A DNA stretch of 64,000 nt from Chara braunii (lineage: Eukaryota; Plantae; Charophyceae): positions 2,309,369-2,373,368 of the forward strand of contig BFEA01000031.1 in the NCBI GenBank assembly GCA_003427395.1. Reading direction: 5' to 3'. The position numbers were made by a program, and so were the translations under genes. The notes below the pieces were generated by a model, which was not told where the DNA came from, searched no databases, and saw only the letters and a program-made list of their open reading frames with translations. Positions 40,001-51,771 of this stretch are shown in pieces; position 1 is the first letter of the stretch, and each line of letters begins with the position of its first letter.

Positions 40001-40301
40001 ATTTAATGTCATCGTATGCAGTTTGTTTCGTAGTGCATAAGAGTTGGGTATTTTCCGTCGTAAGTGGCTATGGCGGTAATCGTTTTTTGTCCTACCTAAT
40101 TTTCTTTCCTCGTGCGTGTGTTTGTATTCTTGTGTGTCAGTCGCGCCGTTTCAGGATGGCCGTGACATATGAGAAAATAAGGTTTTTGCTATTTTAAAAA
40201 AAAAAAATTGTATTTTGTTTTTACGTTTGCTATTATTTTTCTAACTTTACATTTTTATCAATAGGAAGCTGGTGACCCATTTTTCTAACTTAACATTTTC
40301 T

Positions 40302-40338
<37 letters not shown>

Positions 40339-40604
40339 CCCTTCCCCCCCCAACCCCCCCCCCCCCCCCAAAAAAATGTTTTTTTTTTTTTCTTTTTTTT
40401 TTTAGGGGGTGGGGCTGGGGTTTCGCCGCCCCATGGCACTTCCCAAATCCCAAACCCCCCTCCCCACTGGCCGCCATGCAACCGCAAAGTCGCGCGGCCG
40501 CGGAAGAATACGTACTTTCACCAAAACCCTAAGTTATTTTCACTTAAGTAGTTCATCGTCTTTCAGTTAGATAAACCCTAATACCCTAACTTACATATGA
40601 CATA

Positions 40605-41232
40605 AGAAGGTCAAGCCAAACCGAAGCCACATTTCTTAACCTTTTGCCTTTGTATACACAAAATAAAGAGCGCAACTACTTCTCTCTTCATTAGGCAGTT
40701 AACTAAATCAAACCGAAGCCACATTGTCTAGTCCTGTCAAATGTGTGATATCCAAATTTATAATAATTATCTGAACCTTTTAATCTTTTGAAGACTAAAA
40801 TAGTCACCCAGCCAAACCGAAGTCACATTGCGCAGTCCGCTTTTTTATTACACTCATTATATTCTTAATTGAGTATTATCTTCTCCTTTTGTGATAAGCC
40901 ATAGTCAGACCAAACCGAAGTCACATTGTCTAGCTAACTTGTTCAATAATAAAAGTATAATACATATATTAAAAAAATCATATTATCCGGTTTCTCGTTC
41001 TATGCGCGACCTCAGATTAAGTCAAACCGAAGTCACATTGCTTGGTCTTCTGTTCAAACCTCCCTCAGAAAGACACAAGTAACATCAACCAGACCTCACC
41101 GAAGCCACATTGCCTAGCTGCTTAAATAACAACTTAAAGGGGTACAACAATCAGACCTAACTGAAACCATATTGTCTAATTGCTAAGGAAACAAACAATA
41201 TTTTGGTCAACCGAAGCCACATGGCTTGGCTG
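40605..41232 (-). repeat. Array of 8 conserved motif copies, most forming hairpins, with unique spacers
   Basis: Core AACCGAAG(C/T)CACATT (plus strand, some copies variant) at 40619, 40711, 40815, 40913, 41025, 41097, 41159 and 41209, most with complementary variable arms. Confidence 0.85.
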
Positions 41233-42780
41233 TAGAGAAAACATAAATAAACAAAGGAGACCCAATTAACGCAGGCAAAACCACATTCCTCCCACCTTCC
41301 CCCAATTCATCCCTCTTCAATCCGAGTTTCAAGCAACAATACAGAGTGAAATTCATACATACTTTTCTTTTATCTCACGTGATTAAGTTCCAAAATGAAA
41401 TAGTAAAACATAAGATTGTATGCACATACTACAGCCAAACTAGCGAGATGTAATAAACAAGTGTTCAAAGGGTTAACATAAGACAAAAAAAAGTTTACCT
41501 AACTGTTCCCTACCTCCAGAACTCCTCCTGAGTTCCCTCAGAGCTCCCACAATCGGTGGATGGACCTCCCACAAGGTCTTGTTGTGGTCTTGTGGATTAC
41601 AATTCCACGTGCCGCCTTCCTCCCACAACCATAAATTAGACTTAAACTGAGGTGTTGCAAATGCTCGGGATACAAGTATTAGAGTGGGACAAACTCAACT
41701 CACGTGAGAGAGCCTTGATGCCTTCGATCGTCCAAGGGGCCCGCAATGATGGCAATAAATGTAGTGAACTGGCCAATCCGTTGCCAGGATGCAGAGTGAC
41801 AACCTCCTCACGATTTTTCAAATCGCAGTAATGACCCCCTCGTCGGGCCCGATCACCTCCTTCACAACTACAGTACCTCCCTTCAAAACAATCCTGTCGT
41901 TGTACATCCCATAAGGGTCACGTTTAAATAGTGTACACCTCCTGTGCTTTATTTAAACCGCAAGTAAAACACACCGATTTGCAGTAGCGAAGTGTGTTCA
42001 ACAACCATATACAGGTAAAGTTCAGAAGCACTCAACAAAGTACAACAAACAATACTTGCCCAATCTACTCCTCGAAACCATGAGATTAGTACGCTTCAAA
42101 ACATCAGCCTGCTTCTACGTAGCCTACAAAGGCTGCTCCTGAATAGAGTTACACCTTTGTGCCCTTTTCACGTTGCAGTCTAATTGTAGCGACTCATCGA
42201 AACTCCGCGTTTGGCCATCATGCGGGGCAGTCCGGTACCTGTGACAGCGCACAACACCCGATCATAGTCGCTATCAAACTGCACCTGACTATATGCAATA
42301 TAATATACAACAAAACGCGCAGCTACCACACCAAAATGTAGTAATGCGCAGTGCAAAGCATAATTATGCGCAATAACAAGTCACGACAAAACAGTGGTAC
42401 ATAGTGGTGCTCAACAACCTGCACCATAACCAAGCTTAACAACACTGAAAAGCAAGGCAATTACTTCTTAATTGGTAACCTATTTCACCTACTGCAGTAG
42501 CGCCACCGGCGTCGACACCCAGGCAATGGCAACAATTGAAGTTGGAGGACTGCAATAGCTCCTCCCCAAGTCAACCACGGTAACATGAGATAGTATCCCT
42601 GGGCCTTAACAATAGCAACTTAATTAAAACCGACCCAAATAACCGCATCGGGACGAGACTGTAGCAGCAACATCCGTAGTGCAGATATTTCAAGCTTGGG
42701 AGTACTTCATCAATGAGCCCCGTGAACCTATAATCAATCAATCCTTGCTATGTCTTGACTTGGCTTCTGCTGGCTAATCA

Positions 42781-43530
42781 TCCAATAGTCCCTCTAAGGA
42801 GCTGGCCACGAGGAAAGGTTCCCACGTAGCTAACTTTCGTTGGCTAGTCCTCCAACAATCCCTCTAAGAGGTTGACCACGAGGACAGGTTCCTGCGTAGC
42901 TAACCTCCGTTGGCTAGTTGTCCAACAATCCTTCTAAGAACCTGACCACGAGGAAAGGTTCCCTCGTAGCTAACCTTCGTTGGCTAGTTGTCCAACAGTT
43001 CTTCTAAGAAGCTGACCACGATGAAAGGTCCCCACGTAGCTATTTAGCAGGTCGAGGTCCCCACGTAGCTATTTAGCAGGTCGAGGTCACGTAGCTATTT
43101 AGCTAACTTCCGTTAACGAAATTAGCCAGAGAAATTAGACCCCACCATCTAAGAACGACCATGCACTACCACCGATAGAATCAAGAAAGAGTTACAATTT
43201 GTCAATCTCCGCTTCAACCATATTGCCTGCACACTGAAGTTGTTAGATGCAAATGTCATTAAGCGCGCTGGCGAGAGAGATAGCAAGAGGCTACTTCCAT
43301 CGTTAGGATGAGAAAAATCAGGACGAATATTCCTCTAAAATCTAGAAATATACATTGCATTCCAACTATGCACGCAGAGAGATAGAGAAAGGTTACTTCC
43401 ATCGTTAGGATGAGCAAAATCGAAATCGAACTTCCTCTAAAATATGAAAATATACATTGATTTCCAGCTATGCATGCAGAAAGATAGAAAGAGGCTACTT
43501 CCATCGTTAAGATGGGTAAAATTGAAATGA
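42781..43530. repeat. Tandem repeats inside element B (70-bp x4, about 30-bp x3, about 102-bp x3)
   Basis: tccaa..ctctaag..gaccacgaggaaaggttcc..cgtagctaacc at 42781, 42851, 42921 and 42991. gagatag..ggctacttccatcgttaggatgag occurs three times. Confidence 0.85.
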
Positions 43531-44630
43531 ATCTTCTGCCACAATGCAGGAAAATTGAAGTTCTCCGCGGCCTCGTGCAAAGGCCGCGCGACAGCAACCC
43601 CTCCACCTGGTAATCCTCTCTTTCTCTCTCTAGCTCAAGCTCTTCATCAGGCAAACACACTACTTATCCTAGTGGAGACAGATCAACACTATACAGAAGA
43701 CTCACCACAATGAGTCTCTGTAAGCGGCACTGTGTGAAAATGAAGACAACCTCCACCAAGTCAATCAAGATCGTAATGGAGGTGCGCACAATGAGTTCGG
43801 CTTCACTGCATATGGAGATGGCGTCCGCAATAACCCACACCCTTTAGACCAAGAAGCGACCACGATGACACCCATGTTGAAATCAAGATTGCCACTCTAC
43901 TAGTTAAATGTGGAAAAATGAAAATGAATCTTCCACTAGAATATGGTAAGATTCATTTTTATATTTTTGTATTCTCCTCCTCACTACGTTTACTGCATGC
44001 ACTAGAAAAAACACTAACCTAGAGCTAAATACTAACAATACCATCGCCTCCCCAGTATCCCAGAACCTCTACCTACCACCTTATCGTGCTCGATTAATTG
44101 AGAATTTAGTGATATCCTTGTTTTCCACTTCTGCCATGTCCATTTTCACGCACCTTCTTTTACCTTTTCACAAAAACTAACACTTTACCGCTATATCTGA
44201 CACCGCCGTTCAACTTGTAATGTTCCCAAACCCCTTTTTAGCATCCTTGTCTGCCTGCTTTCATCGAGAAACGGACAAGATATGTAAACTTGTCCTTCGT
44301 GTTAGATAGACTAACATTATGTTTTCTTCTCTAAAAAACACAACTTTATAAGTCTTAATTTTTAAGTTTTTATAAGTCGTTAACGAGTGATAATTATGAA
44401 ATAGTTATGTCTTAAAAGTAATGGTTTTAATTAACATGTATGATTAAATGAGATAATAATTTTTTTATATGTCCATGACTTTCGTTATTGTTTGTAGTCG
44501 GTGAAAAATGTCATCTCACGTTTATCAAAACAACAATTGCATTTTTTGTTTTATTTTTTCCTCAGCCTCACGAGGTTCAATTTTTATCGATGTCGTTTGC
44601 ATAATTTATGATTGGATGTATAGTTATCAG

Positions 44631-45910
44631 CGGGGTTGCTGGCGTTCGGGACGGGCCGAACACCCGAACCCGAACGCCCGAACGTTTGGGACCCCCTCTC
44701 GATGCGTTCGGACGTTCGGCCAAACGCGGAACCAAAAAAAAAAAAAAAAAAAAACTAGGTTACCAATGGTCCGGAGACCGAACGTCTCCACCTGACATCT
44801 CCCCCGGACATCTCCCCCCCCCGTCGCCCGGATTTCCAGACGACGCCTTTTTGGCACAAAAAAAAAAAATAAAAAAATAAAAAAAATTATGACAGTGTTG
44901 CGCATGGCCTAGAGACCCCCCACAAAAAATTTCAGATTTTTCTGAGCATTTGCTGACAGGGTGGTATTTTGGGGGGGAGGGGGGGGTAGAAGGGGTTTTG
45001 GTGGGGATAGGAGGGGTATAGATGGGGAATGAATCTTTAAACATTTTTATTATTTATTCTACTGGCCCAAATAATCCAAAAATTTGGTGGCATACACCTA
45101 ATGCAAGGTGGAAGCCACATGATTTTTTTTTTTTTTTTTTTTTTTCTGCGCTAGGTCGAACATACCCTGTCCGGTCCGACGTCCGACCAGACGTCAGGTC
45201 GGACATCCCGAACAGTCAGGGGGGTCCCGGACGTCCGGCCCGGTAACCTAGAAAAAAACAAAACAAAAAGTTTCCAAAAATTCTGAAAAAACAATATGTC
45301 ATGCAGAAAAATAAAGTAAACAACATTTGCCCCAACAGTACATCCAAATTCCTTACCAAATTTGAAATAAAAATCAAATACGAAAAATAAATAATATTAA
45401 TAAAAATAAGAAAAAATAAAACGAGAATGAAATTATTGCGTGGGCAAGCAAATTTTTGACACCGCCATCTTTGGCGATTTTTCATTTTGTTTTGGATTTG
45501 TCAAATGCCATGAAATTTTATACATATGTATCTTACATAATAGAGAACCTACAAATAAAGTTTGAAAAAATAATAATGTTTTTCAGGCCCCGAAAGAAAG
45601 GGAAAACAAAAAGTGAAAAGAGCAAAAAAACAAATTAGTAAGTGGGAAAACAAGTTTTGACACCACCATCTTTGCCAATTTTTCATTATTGTTTGGCTCC
45701 ACATAAGGACTTCAAAATTGAGATACAGGTAGCTTACATAACAGAGAACTCACAAAAAAATAATCAGAAAAAAATAATAATGTTTAGGTACCAAAATATT
45801 TTTTTGCGGGGTCCGAACACCTTCAAGTTCGGGCCCCGTACGGGGACCCGAACGCCCGAACGTTCGGGGGTCAGCTTAGGGGCCTCCGTACGTTCGGCCT
45901 GGCAACTCTG
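44631..45910. mobile_element. Non-autonomous hAT element
   Basis: Exact 8-bp TSD gttatcag (44623, 45911). TIRs CGGGGTTGCTGG / CTGGCAACTCTG. Subterminal ccgaac repeats. Confidence 0.85.
44755..45251. mobile_element. TIR element nested in the poly(A) tract of the hAT (related partial copy at 29437-29735)
   Basis: CTAGGTTACC...GGTAACCTAG termini flanked by A tracts. Confidence 0.7.
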
Positions 45911-47636
45911 GTTATCAGTATGGCTCGACGATTATGTTGCCTAACAGATAACGGTAGGAAATAAAAGTATAAAGTCACACTTTCTTACTTATCATACTAA
46001 TCTGACGAGGGTGTTGCTCTTAACACTTCGAATTCGTATTAATAGCGAAGTCACATATAATTGCACGATGTACTTACTGCAAAAAACTTTGATGCTATTC
46101 ACATATAACGTTGTTGTGCATGTAACTAAACTCACTGTTATACAAAATTCACTTGTAGATTACACAAAACAAAAGTGACTGGTTCTCGTTTTAAAATATT
46201 GGTTTGTGATGTGCTACGTTGTCCTTTTCATGTCTACTTTGAAATATGCCTTGGTTATTACATTGAGATATTTTTCTCATCCCTTATCTCCCTTCTACCG
46301 CTGCTCAGATAATCAGTGGTGGGTAACCACGCATGCACAAAACCACGTTGCATAACCATACTGGGCACCCAAACAATACGTTCCTTTATCTGTCTTTACT
46401 ACACAAGGTGCTTTCTTAAGTTGACGTCCATTGAACCCTGAATTCAACAATCTCTCAAGTTCACAAAAAACATTTTGATGATTGAATTTGCAAATCGAAC
46501 TTCATACAGATGAAGTGTTTTAATAATGCTTTATCCTAAAAGTTGACAAATATACTAACTAATGAATCAAACAAACTTTACTTGTTTTGCGTATGTCTCC
46601 CTGCTTCCTTTAATTCTACCTTCAATGCCTTGTTAATGAGTTATAGGGAAAACTTGCTCGTTCTCTCCATGACGAATATCATGTTTATAAAACTTGGATG
46701 CACTCCAACCTAAAAGTCAAGCATAAGTTCTCAAAGAAGTTTTAGATGAATGGGCGTACAATTTCAGGTTCATGTAGGTGAAAAGGTCTACAAATCAAAG
46801 TCCATATATGCAAAATGTTTTAATGATACTTCACGGTCCTCACCCGCAACAATCACAATCATATGAAAATGGTGAATTGGCCCGACCAGGGTTATTTAAA
46901 CACTACGCTTGCTATACCAATTTCTCCCTTCTCTAGTCTGGTCCCTGTCTATCTTGCCTCTGGGGGATTATAACCTCACACACTTTTTTTTATTTTCTAT
47001 TTTTATTTTTTAGTGGAAGACTGGACCTATTGGTGGCGAGCAACACCTGTTGGAAATCGGGTCCCGCATCCAAGTAAAATACAAGGATGATAGAATTTGT
47101 TGTGGTCAAAATTTGTTGTCTAGGTTTGGGCTTAGTCTACGGAATCCCTCCCCATGTTATCCGAGTCCTCTATTACTCCACGTCATGGTTCTCACTTTCT
47201 CTGCCTTGGTTGTCGCTTTCGCTCAAAATGCCCTTTCCTTATTGTGTCTAGGTGTGCTTCTCCTCGCCTTCATCCTGCTCGACTGCAAAACTTTCCTTCC
47301 AAAAATATGAACTATTGCTCTTTGAATGGCCCTACCTTCCACACCATAAGATAAATGCCCTCCCTACCTTCCACGCCGCAGAATGGCGTCCCGGGGGGCA
47401 CAAAGGGAAAACAACAACTTGCAAATTCATTGCCCGCTGTTCGCCAGCACAAAGGGCCTTGCCGCATAGCACACGGCGCAGAACAGTACATCTGCCCGGA
47501 GTATGTGGCGAAATACATTCGCAAATGAACGAATCATACCATTCTCTGTGGGAAGACGCACTCACTTCTTTTGAGTTTCATGTGCCATGCAGCGAGACCC
47601 AGATTCTGCACCTCCAGTGTTTTTTATTTTTATTTT

Positions 47637-47890
47637 AATTAAGCGATATTTTTCTCTCAATTTCACCTTTCACTACCCATTACTACTCCCAAGCCTACAC
47701 AGGGAACCCCTGCAAGCATAGCTACCTCTCACAATTAAGGGGATGCATGTTGCCCCCCGCCCTAATCGGCGGTGATTGGGGAGGAGGGTGGGGCTGCTGG
47801 TGGGGGGGGGGCCGGCTAATGCAAAGACCAAAAATTTTGCCAGTAGCTGTGCCTCCCATCTACTTCCCATGCCCCCATCAAGTAACAGCA
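47637..47890 (-). mobile_element. 5'-truncated copy of the 28985-29432 repeat
   Basis: Reverse complement aligns (gaagtagatgggaggc..actggcaaaat..ccttaattgt.agaggtagctatgcttg..gaaaggtgaaat.gagaga). Confidence 0.75.
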
Positions 47891-47910
47891 AGGTCTACGG
47901 CCAGCACTCT

Positions 47911-48332
47911 GGGCCTCGTTCGACACCACTACAAAACCCTTACAAGTAAGGTTTTCATCGTTCCACCCCTCCCTAATCACGACGAAAAAGAAGTCGAACT
48001 TGTTTTCACATTCGCGGCTGTAAGGGCTGGCCCTACAAAAGTAAGGACTCCGCAGCCAAAACGGACCTTGATGTAAGGAGGCCCGTGGAGGTGACTTGAA
48101 AGTAGGGGGTGGCACCCTTACATCCACGAAACAACCGTTTTTATTTTTTATTTTTTTTAACATCAGGTGTGTCTTACGCAAACCGAGGCACCTGAAATGT
48201 AAGTGCACCTAAATGTAGGGTTTTCCTAAGTGCTTGTGGAACGGAAAATGAGGTAAGGGAAAATTAATCACTTTTTCGCCGTAAGGGCACCCTTACAAAG
48301 TAAGGGTTTTGTAGTGGTGTCGAACGAGGCCC
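47911..48332. mobile_element. PIF/Harbinger (Tourist)-like MITE
   Basis: About 40-bp TIR GGGCCTCGTTCGACACCACTACAAAACCCTTAC. 3-bp flanks tct/tcg. Confidence 0.8.
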
Positions 48333-49379
48333 TCGCGCCCTTCCAGCTGCATCTGGCCTCTCCCCCGTGTATGACCTGGTATGACCCCTTTCCCTTGGAC
48401 GCAACCGGCCGAAGCCAAGGACGTCGCGCCCTTCCAGCTGCATCGGGCCTCTCCCCCGTGCCGCTGATCACAACTTCACGCTCACCCTACGGGCTGCGTA
48501 CCCATCCCCTCGCGGTATGTCAGTAGGACCTGAGCAGGCCTTTTCGGCCAGATACCTGGCACCACACCTGGCGACACCTGGCGACGCGGGCCTTTTCCCA
48601 GATCTCTCTACTAGGCCTCAAACCCTCCCACGTAGCGGGTTACAGGGTGGCACAGCTCACCCCAGCAAACCGACCAGCCGACAGGACACAATGCCGAAAG
48701 CCGACGCTTGGAAAGGAAACGTTTGCGTCCGTGGAAAGTTGGCGTCCGATGATTGGTAGCGGATGATTAGATGGGCGTGGTTCGGCGTATTTTTGGACAA
48801 AGAGGCAAGAATCGCCTCTGTCGCTGTGCATGGGACGCGGTTGACGTCTTTCAACTATATAGGAGCGAGCTGCATCCACGAATGGTATAGCAATACGCCA
48901 TGCAGGCTTTTCCGCGAAGGGCAAACGAACGAGCCTGTGGAACGCTGACGGCTCAAGGTTTGGGGAAGACGGTCAGGGGCGCGGTATTTGGGTAACGTCG
49001 ACGGCAATCCCAGCGGACTTCGAGCGGCTACGGGTAGCGCGCCTTCTCTCTGCGTGCGCATTGTGCTCATGTAGTTTCAAATTGACGAGCAGCACTGAGT
49101 TCTGCTCCAATTGTGTGCGGCCGGTGGTGAGCGGTACGGTCTACCTGTCAGTTGATGCACAGGAGAAAGCGCGCAAAGCGCATGCTTAATGCAGCGTGCG
49201 CCGTGCTGAATTTTGCCTGGGTTGTATTGTGTGCGCGGGGTATTGTGTTCGAGCTTCCGAGCTTGGTTGCTTTTTAGTCTACGCTCGTTTGTCTGATTAG
49301 AGGAGCGCGGGCGGGAAGTATCCTCCGAAGGATACGGTTAGAGCTCTTGCGTAAGTGGGACTCAACGTCGATTGTCGCA

Positions 49380-50060
49380 CTCGTTGACCATAGGGCAGAA
49401 ATAGGTGGTGGGTGCGCTATCTACAAATACCGAAGTAGGATCGGAACTTAATTGCGGATTCTGGACACGTATAGCGGTCGGAGCCGCTGACCAGTGTGTG
49501 TGTGGGGTGTGGGCTTGACGTAGACGGCGGGAGTTTTGGTCGGTTCGGTCATTGACCGGTCGCGTGTGATGCGCTTTGACCGAATACGGCGGGAGGATTT
49601 ATCACCAGCCAGCGTGTGGGGTGTGGGCTTGACATACACGGCGGGAGGTGTGGTTGATTCGGATTCGGTCATTGACCACTAGCGTGTGGTTCGCTTCGTC
49701 GGAAGGCGACGGGAGGACTAGCGATCAACGTGGGGTTTGCGTTCACCGCGTACGGCGGGATGTTTGGTCGATTCGGTCATTGACCACTAGCGTGTGGTTC
49801 GCCTTGACCCAAGGCGACGGGAGGATTAGCAACCAGCCAGGGGTTTGCGTTGACCGCATACGGCGGGAGGTTTAGTCGATTCGGTCATTGACCACCAGCG
49901 TGGGGTTTGCTTTGACCGCAGACGGCGGGAGGTTTAACCACCAGCGTGGGGTTTTGAGTTGACCGCAGACGGCACTGCGAATCCGGCGGCGGTCGGGTGG
50001 CAGTGATTGATCCACTCATTGACCACCATCGTGTGTGGTTTGCGTTGACCGCGGGAGGTG
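49380..50060 (+). promoter_or_regulatory. Degenerate tandem repeat with 12 W-box (TTGACC) motifs upstream of the GolS-like ATG
   Basis: TTGACC at 49384, 49552, 49576, 49672, 49780, 49804, 49850, 49888, 49912, 49959, 50019 and 50045. Confidence 0.5.
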
Positions 50061-50196
50061 GTGGTCGATTCGACTGGATTGATTTGCTACACAGCACAGC
50101 CTGATTGGATTCGCTGACGGGTGAGGTGAAACGGGCTGAGGTAGAACGGTTTACGTTTGAAATCATTGGCTAGCGTCAGGTGGTTGAACTCGCTGG

Positions 50197-51771
50197 ATGG
50201 CGGGAAGTAGCACTCGTGAGGAGGGTGGTATCTCTCACGAGGAGGAGATTAAAGTGATGACCCAGAGGAGTATTCCTAGGACCGCTGTTCGCGGGAAGAC
50301 TATGGCACCAGAGTGTCTCCCATCGCAGTCCTTGAAGAACGGAGGCGGTGTCGCTCGAAAGTTCTCATTGACTCTCCCTTCTTTACATGAGGACGATGAT
50401 TATAACAAGGAAGAGGAGGTCGGTGAGGAGAACGATGAGTATAACCTGGACTTCCTATTCAACGGTGGCGGCGTCTCTCGCATTGAGGAGAGCGAAATGG
50501 TGACTCAGAGGAGTTGTCCGAGCAGCGCAGTTGGCGGGAAGACCATGGACGCAGAGTGTCTGCACTCCCAGTCCTTGGGAAACGGAGCCGCCGCTCGAAA
50601 GCTTTCCTTGACCCTCCCTTCTTTAGATGAGGAGGAGGGTTATAACGACGACTCGGAAGAGCATGAGTCAGACATAGACTACGGTTTGGAGTCGTTCTTT
50701 GAAGTTGTGACGTTTCCGAGTCTCATGTGGAACAGTCGTTTTGGTGACACTGATGATGTTGAAGCTAGAGAGGAGGAGAACGATGAGGAGATTGACGAGT
50801 ATAACCTGGGCTTTCTCTTCAACGGTAGCGTGGAGGAAATGGACTTCCTCGTGAACTGTAGCATGGAGCGAGGGAGAACGCCTTCCACTGAGCATCAACC
50901 CAAATATGACTCTGAGGACGAGGAAGAGGAGAATCTGGAGGAGGCCGATCGGAGTGATGGACAGAGTGCACCAGGCATCGCCGGATGTACGAGTGATTCT
51001 TCCGAGAGAAATTCATCTTCGGCGAGTGATTCTTCCGAGAGAAACTCATCTTCTGAGGGAGATATGAGAAGGAGAGACGAGAGAAATGAACCCTACGACG
51101 TCGATGAGAGTTCTGATTCTTCTGAACAAGCCATCGCATCCGTCTTGCGCCTCCGTTCCGCTGCCCTCCCTCCCGTTTCACCGCAAGGGAAAATGCAGCA
51201 GCCACGAAAAGCGCGAGTTAGGAGCCATCATGCCGCTTGTCGCAGCGGTCTCGGTACTCCCGAGAGTTTTGCGCAGCCTGAGTTGTCCGCGACCAACGGC
51301 GGTGACAACGGCTTGCGGTCATCGGTTCCCGGTAAATTAAGGCGTAATGGAGGAGCAGGAGGGGTGTGGGAGGCTTGCATGAAACCTCCGCCTTCTCCTC
51401 AGACCCCTCTTGATCTCTTCCCGGACACAGAGGAGGGTGTTCCTTCTCCGAGCGGTGTGAAAGCGCTCAATTCTCGGCCTGCTGGCCCAGGCTTGTCGTT
51501 TGGTGACGATACTGACCGCCGAGTCAACGAGCGGCGTCTGTCTCCCTACCCCAAGTCAACTCCGTTCGATTCTGTGGCGTATGTGGCGCTGTTGATGGGA
51601 AGTTCGGATTACTACAAAGGTGTGGTGGCCGTTGTCAAGAGCCTGAGAGCAGTGGGGAGTCGTGTGAAACTGATCGTGGCCGTCAGATCGGATGTTCCTG
51701 AAGCGCATCGGGAGATACTGAAGGAGCATGGCTGCGATATCAGAGAAGTCGAGATCATCGAGTCTCCCAGG
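50197..51771 (+). CDS. GolS: Galactinol synthase-like GT8, exon 1 (long acidic N-terminal extension plus GT8 start)
   Basis: ATG at 50197, 525 codons open. The end reads AYVALLMGSSDYYKGVVAVVKSLRAVGSRVKLIVAV..DVPEAHREILKEHGCDIREVE, matching the GolS AYVTFLAG..DYVKGVVGLAKGLR..DVPE.HR.IL..QGC.VREIE block. Donor AGG|GTGAGA, phase 0. Confidence 0.85.

Larger units (their letters stand above)
40560..44160 (-). mobile_element. Unclassified large element, copy B (boundaries approximate)
   Basis: Same homology blocks, order and orientation as copy A. Confidence 0.5.

Noticed and set aside
38750-40200. Retroelement coding remnant
   Set aside because: Strand-biased composition, but multiple stops and no identifiable motif.
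40524-40590. Telomeric AAACCCTA repeats
   Set aside because: Only 2-3 scattered units, not an array.
40605-41232. CRISPR array
   Set aside because: Eukaryotic context, no cas genes, a conserved core of only about 15 nt, and highly variable spacing. Kept as a structured-RNA array instead.
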